This document shows, piece by piece, positions 56,450 through 64,000 of a stretch of DNA of 64,000 bases. The notes beneath the pieces were generated by a model. It ran no database searches. It worked only from the letters and a program-made list of their open reading frames with translations, and was not told the origin of the DNA. Source of the stretch: Eledone cirrhosa (lineage: Eukaryota). The stretch is from the NCBI GenBank assembly GCA_964016885.1, contig OZ024743.1:29264001-29328000 (forward strand), given 5' to 3'. The position numbers were made by a program, and so were the translations under genes. Each line of letters opens with the position of its first letter. Position 1 is the first letter of the stretch.

Positions 56450-57427
56450 AAGTATGTATGCATATATACTGTATATATGTATTTTATATATATATATATG
56501 AGTGTATCTGTGCTATGTTTGTATGTATTACGTATGTTTGTGCCTCTGTGAGTGTGTTTATATATGCATGCACGCGTATATATATGTATGTATTTCTGTA
56601 TATGTATGCGATTCCTTGTCTGTATGTCTATGTGTTTACGCGTGTGTCTTTGTGAGTGTGTGTGTATGTATGTGCGTGCGTGTATGTGTGTGCGTTTGTC
56701 AATGTGTGTGCAGCTTCTGTTTGCTAGTAACCATTTGCTTTTTGATTTATTTTTCAATTCTGTTTATTTCTCTTTATTTCTTTTTTGTAGTTAATAACAA
56801 TCATTGATTGAAAAGAAATGAATGACTTAGAGATTGAACATCTATTTTGAAGGAAAATATAAAGCGCCGACTGATAAATGTTACTATGGCATGACTATAT
56901 AATCAATCTGCTGGACATGACACTGGTGAGAAACGATTGGCCAACTGGAAAATGTGTTAGGTCGAAATGAAAGGTTGAGAACAGCAGTTGATAACACGAC
57001 CCAGTGAAACTTTGTATATTTCCTTTTCATTAAAATATATTTTCAGTGTTCTCTTTGATCTTATTCAGTCATTTTATAAGACTGACGACCCGCTAGGAAA
57101 GTGGAGACAAAGAGAGAAACACGAACTGAGGCAGAGTGATATTCGGCGATCGGCTAGATCGTGTATGTATATACGTATATATGTATGTATGTATGTACGT
57201 TTGTATGTACGTACGTATGAATATAGGTGTGTATGTACGTATGTTTGTGTATGTGCGTTTGTATGTATGTATAGTGGGAGAGAAAAGAGATACGGATATA
57301 TTGGAAACACAGAGAAAATAACACAGATAATGACAAATATAGAGCGAAAACATACATTCTTGACACACACACACACACACAAACACATACACACACACAT
57401 ACACTCGCATAACCACGTACATACACC

Positions 57428-57533
<106 letters not shown>

Positions 57534-58074
57534 AACAGAAAAAAGTAGTAGAGAAAATAACCGATAGATATTAAGTTGAAACTTTAAAAAAAATGAGATG
57601 AATGGAAAGATAAAAATAAACAGATTGATATATTGATAAATAGATTCATACGCTGACGCATAGTTTAGTTGAGTGAAACAAGGATTGAATATGTGTGTTT
57701 GTGCGTATATGTGGGAGTGAGAGGATGAGAGGGGTGTACCCATTTATAGTGAGGAGTAAAACACAAAAGTTACAGTCGCAGAATAGAAAGGGAATAATAA
57801 TAATGAGATACATCAAGAGAAATAAGAGATGATAACTAAAACAAAGGGAAACTATGACAAAGGGACAAAGAAAGATGAATGATTGAAATAAAGAGATATA
57901 TAGGCGAATAGTTACCCCCCCTCCCTTACTCTCTCTATATATGTAATATATATATTATATATATATATTATATATATATATATTATATATAAATATATTA
58001 TTTATAAATATATTATATATATATATTATATATACATACATATATATTATATTATATATATATACATACACACA

Positions 58075-58105
<31 letters not shown>

Positions 58106-58885
58106 ATATACACACACACACATATATATATATACATATACGTATCTATATCCAAAACAGGGAGGCGCCCAGGCCATGTACAACCGAAAAATCAACGGAA
58201 AAATGGACAGCCCGGTCTCCTCAGTCAACTTCTGAAAATCTCTATAGTTTCAATGCGTCGAGTTTGATACTATTCATTCCAGTGCACATTGGGACACAAC
58301 TAATCAGGTAGACACAGGACGAAGTGTACCTTTCGGCGAATAACATAAATATAGTTTTAAAAAAAAAAGGATTAAGTGCACTAAATTAAAAGGAAGAGAG
58401 ATACAGAAATAGTGTGCCGTAGATAAGCCAAAGGAGAACATAGAGAAAGGAGAGAAACAGAAAAACAAATGTATGAGTTACAGTCCAACGTACATACAAA
58501 ACCCCGCCAAAAATGAGACAGTGGCATAGAAAATGTCCGAAGGGTGAATAGAGGAAGGTAGACGAAGCGATGTAATGTTTATTATTTGAGAGGTTCAGCA
58601 AAAGCCCGCGTGGCTAAAACTTTCAAATATGAATCTCAAACAGAGTAGGTGGTGCACAGCGGGAACTCAAGGGCAAACAACTGAGAAAAACAAACAATCC
58701 CTTCTTTTTGGTTAACCTATAGAGATAAGTATAGTTTGAGTGTATCAAAATTGGTACTATTTATTTCAGAGCGTATTGAGACTGAAAGAAAACTGGTAAA
58801 CACAGGATGAGTTGTGTCTCTAGGCGAATTACACATACGAAGACGAAAAACAGAAAAATGCTACAAAACAGATATATGTACGTAC

Positions 58886-58916
<31 letters not shown>

Positions 58917-58924
58917 TGTATGTC

Positions 58925-59343
58925 TGTCTCTTTCTCTTAATTTCGAGTATATTTTTTTTGACCGGCCACCTTCCTGGTGGCAAGGTTGTAAAAGAAAAGA
59001 AATTGTCATCCCTTGAATCACAAGAATGTTTTGCAAATTTTGAAGGTGCCAGCTATCGCAGCCATTTGTAGACTATGAATTTCAGAGCTGCGCTTTTTGT
59101 CCGCAAATCCAAGTTCAGCCATACTTTGGTCCCAGCGGGTTGGTATATAACCCGTAGCTCCAATAATGATAGGTATGAAGCTAAAGGTGTATCTTGGATA
59201 CTGGATTTGTAAACTCCTCATCAATGATCCGTAGATGTCCTCCTTCTCCTGCATTTTTCTGACAACGTTTACAACAAGTGGGCAGCTGATCTCCACAACA
59301 GAAGACGTTTTCAATGTGTGGTCCCAAACAACAATATCAGGAT
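58925..59343 (-). mobile_element. RLE-type (NeSL/R4-like) non-LTR retrotransposon 3' end
   Basis: Minus strand reads PDIVVWDHTLKTSSVVEISCP..KEDIY..IPIIIGATG..ICKTFL* (PD-(D/E)xK endonuclease), with an open frame and a short 3' UTR. Confidence 0.85.
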
Positions 59344-59420
59344 GTATGTATGTATGTATGTATGTATGTATGTATGTATGTATGTATGTATGTATGTATG
59401 TATGTATGTATGTATGTATG

Positions 59421-60028
59421 TCAGGTCACCAGTTGGTGTTACTGGTAACATGTATCCCAGTACAACCTGTCTCATGGTCGCGTCGTTGGCGACTAAACTG
59501 GCAACCCCACCAAGGTTTCTTGGTGAGGAGGGTGACTTTGGACATCCTGCAGGACTAAAAACAAAACCTGTCAAAGAGCAAAGGAGCTCTTAAGAGTCAA
59601 TGGCCATCCAAAATCACCGGGAGAGATGACCCCTTAGCCTTTGTCAAGGCAGAATTCTAGGAGAAGGAAAACTCTGATATAACACCTGCAGCCCTGATGG
59701 TATCCAATGATGTTGACTTGTTCTTCATTTTGGTAAATATCATCTTGGTTAAGAGAGTGGGACTGGCTTTGTGCAGTGCCTTTGCTCACTATAAAAGCTT
59801 CACGGCACAGGCATTGCTTTATATCTGGAGATCTCTCTGCACTTGTTGTCACATGGTACCATGGGCCCAGCACTATGTGTCAATAATTGTCACAAGTGTA
59901 GTGTTTGTACCAGAGTTTTCAAGTCGCTGGCTGGACTAAAAAGTCACACTCGTTCAGCGCTTCGGTAGGGGTTCTCCTACATGGATATAAAGTAGTGGCC
60001 GTACTTGAAAACGAGTTGGCAGCCACCA
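59421..60028 (+). mobile_element. short RTE-derived non-autonomous element between (TATG)n arrays
   Basis: The 3' part encodes CSVCTRVFKSLAGLK-SH (C2H2-like end seen in RTE ORFs), followed by a (CATG/TATG)n tail. The 5' part (GGCGACTAAACTGGCAACCCC) is non-coding. No RT is present. Confidence 0.55.
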
Positions 60029-60265
60029 TGCATGCATGCATGCATGTATGTATGTATGTATGTATGTATGTATGTATGTATGTATGTATGTATGTATGTA
60101 TGTATGTATGTATCTATCTATATATGTATGAATGTATGTATGAATGTCTGTATGTATATATGTTTGTAGGTGTGTATAGTCTACTGGATTTATTATTTTA
60201 TAACTTCTCACCAAGAGAGGGAGAGGGTTTCTAATATACAAAGTATATTTATTATATATAAATAA

Positions 60266-60330
<65 letters not shown>

Positions 60331-60384
60331 TATATAATGCTTCGATTAGTACAAAACAATCTCTTTCATTCTTTAAGTTAATCA

Positions 60385-60480
60385 ACAAGCATTTCCCTAG
60401 TTCCGATAAATACAGTAAAAATCTGAACTCTAAAACTATTAGACTATAATACTCCACGGCACCAAAACTTGAATCATACA
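60385..60480 (+). mobile_element. Penelope-like ORF relic (RT to GIY-YIG linker)
   Basis: FFKLINKHFPSSDKYSKNLNSKTIRL*YSTAPKL, cf. the PLE motif FL-x-LI-x-KHFP..KIFN..VK-x-SYS. Confidence 0.7.
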
Positions 60481-60595
60481 AAAAACTTAACTTAAAGCAA
60501 TTAAACAACACTACAAAACAAAATATTTTGATAACAGATGAGCATAACGTAATATCGGCCTCCCAACCACTAAATAGGAGACAGGTATTACACAA

Positions 60596-60668
60596 CCTGA
60601 TGAGTCCGATAATCTGGATATATCCTGTTAATTGGATGTCTAAAAGTACGGGCGAAACCATGGTAGAG
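60596..60668 (+). ncRNA. type I hammerhead motif, copy 1 (stem I weak)
   Basis: CTGATGA(60597)-GTCCG..CGGGC-GAAAC-CATG-GTA(60663-65)-GAG. The 5' strand of stem I is diverged or truncated. Confidence 0.65.
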
Positions 60669-61253
60669 ATATAATTACGGTATGTACACATTTCTTCTAA
60701 GTTTGAATTTACACCTAATTGTGTATGGTTGACAGTATATTTAGTCAGTTTCTACATGCTGTTGAAATGTTGGATAAATACTCTATCGGGGCCACCGCGA
60801 AGAGGCCGCTTTCGGTTATTTGTCGGAAATTTCTTCATAGGAGCCTTTATTCTTATAGCTTGGTCTAATTGATTTTTTATATGGTTAATTATGCTAATTG
60901 GGAGAGCAAATGGTATATATTTTATCTAATAATTCTAAGGACATGATTTATGATATATTGCTCTGATTATTTAATTTATTAATTCTTCATTGAGCCACAA
61001 CGTGGCCGGTTGCAAAACATATATATCTATGACTTTATGTATATGTAAATCTTTATATTTATACAATCTGCCGTTAGGTTGAGATGAAATTGGGCGATAT
61101 TGGGCTGCGCTTTCTAGCAACAAGCCTACCCGCCGTAAGCATCTAATCACATTATTTCTAACTTGACCACTGCCATGTCACGATTCTTAGCCATTTTTGA
61201 ATCTATCTTTGGCGCGATCACTTTGGAAAATTAAATGTCTAATTTTGAGTTCA

Positions 61254-61328
61254 CTCCTGATGAGTCCGTCACTCTGGATATATCCTGTTAATTGGATGTC
61301 TAAAAATACGGACGAAACCATGGTAGAG
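61254..61328 (+). ncRNA. type I hammerhead motif, copy 2
   Basis: CTC-CTGATGA(61257)-GTCCGT..ACGGAC-GAAAC-CATG-GTA(61323-25)-GAG. It has an intact core, a 6-bp stem II base, a palindromic ACCATGGT stem III and a 3-bp stem I. Confidence 0.8.
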
Positions 61329-61533
61329 ATATAATTAAGGTATGTACACATTTCTTCTAAGTTTGAATTTTCACCTAATTGTGTATGGTTGACAGTATAT
61401 TTAGTCAGTTTCTACATGCTGTTGAAATGTTGGATAAATACTCTATCGGGGCCACCGCGAATAGGCCGCTTTCGGTTATTTGTCGAAAATTTCTTCATAG
61501 GAGCCTTTATTCTTATAGCTTTGTCTAATCGAT

Positions 61534-62298
61534 ACGAGACCTGGGCATAGACATGAGCGATGATGCATCTTTTTCTTCACACATCATGAAGGTGGCGACA
61601 ACATGTAGACGATTCGCTGGCTGGATCTTGAGGACTTTCCTTACAAGAGATCGAGACACCATGTTGACACTGTGGAAGACTTTTGTCCTAAGCCGCCTGG
61701 ACTACTGCTCCCAGCTGTGGTCACCCCATAGTGTCAAACTAACCACGGGGCTTGAGGCAATCCAGCGAAGCTACACCAAGAGGATTGCCAAGATGAGGGA
61801 GACAAGCTACTGGGAGAGGCTAAAGGAACTGAACCTCTACTCCTTGGAGCGAAGACGGGAGAGATACGCTGTGATCTACATGTGGAAAATCCTGGAGGGA
61901 CTAGCACCAAACTTTGGCATTGGGAGCTGGACCAACCGTCGAACAGGACGTCACTGTGTGGTGCCAAAGGTCCCGTCTTCCACATCTAGAATAAGGAGCA
62001 GGTATTGCAATAGCCAGGGATTCAAGGGCCCTCAACTCTTCAACAGGCTGCCGAGGCATCTGCGAGACTTGCATGACGTGGAGGTGGATGTCTTTAAGAA
62101 ACATCTCGACACCTTGTTATCCCGGATCCCGGATGAGCCCACAGCAAGTCACGAGGGAAACCTAAGGGCAGCAGCAACAAACTCCCTCCTACACCAGTGG
62201 CCAACCTATACAGGCTGGATATAAAATGTGTAGCAACAAGGGCGGTGCCCCAGCATGGCCTCAGCCGGATGGCTGAAGCAGGTAAAAGAGTAAAAGAG
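61534..62298 (+). mobile_element. young 5'-truncated CR1-group LINE
   Basis: Uninterrupted frame RDLGIDMSDDASFSSHI..SRLDYCSQLWSP..LEAIQR..YWERLKELNLYSLERRRERY, stop at 62224. The 3' UTR has a hairpin and a (GTAAAAGA)2 tail. Confidence 0.92.

Positions 62299-64000
<1,702 letters not shown>

Larger units (their letters stand above)
60596..61533 (+). repeat. ~278-bp direct repeat, 660-bp period (PLE pLTR / retrozyme-like)
   Basis: 60596-60873 and 61256-61533 align without gaps and differ by about a dozen substitutions. Copy 2 is cut by a LINE insertion. Confidence 0.95.

Noticed and set aside
57082-57110. CTGACGA..GGAAAG motif
   Set aside because: Stem II is only 1-2 bp and there is no stem III/NUH or stem I.
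61553-62224. 223-aa ORF as a host CDS
   Set aside because: It is the C-terminus of a 5'-truncated CR1-group ORF2, and its Met is internal.

Overview
AT-rich, microsatellite-dense eukaryotic non-coding DNA. The repeat families resemble those of octopus/coleoid cephalopod genomes; this is an inference from memory, not a database result. No intact host gene is evident, and most ORF-track entries are (TA)n/(CA)n/(GA)n artefacts. The window is a mosaic of mobile elements: a near full-length but dead Tx1/L1-type LINE (about 5.1-10.06 kb), fragments of CRE-, R4/Dong-, RTE- and CR1-group LINEs, several Penelope-like (PLE) relics, about 20 copies of one tRNA-headed SINE plus other SINEs, and small Helitron-, mariner- and hAT-type non-autonomous elements. 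The most notable signal is a set of type I hammerhead ribozyme (HHR) motifs. Two intact-core HHRs sit back-to-back on opposite strands in a roughly 360-bp palindrome (18131-18493). Two more lie in direct repeats exactly 660 bp apart next to a PLE ORF relic (60596-61533), a retrozyme/pLTR-like unit. Several decayed HHRs and foldbacks occur elsewhere. All coordinates and alignments were read by eye, so element boundaries are approximate.
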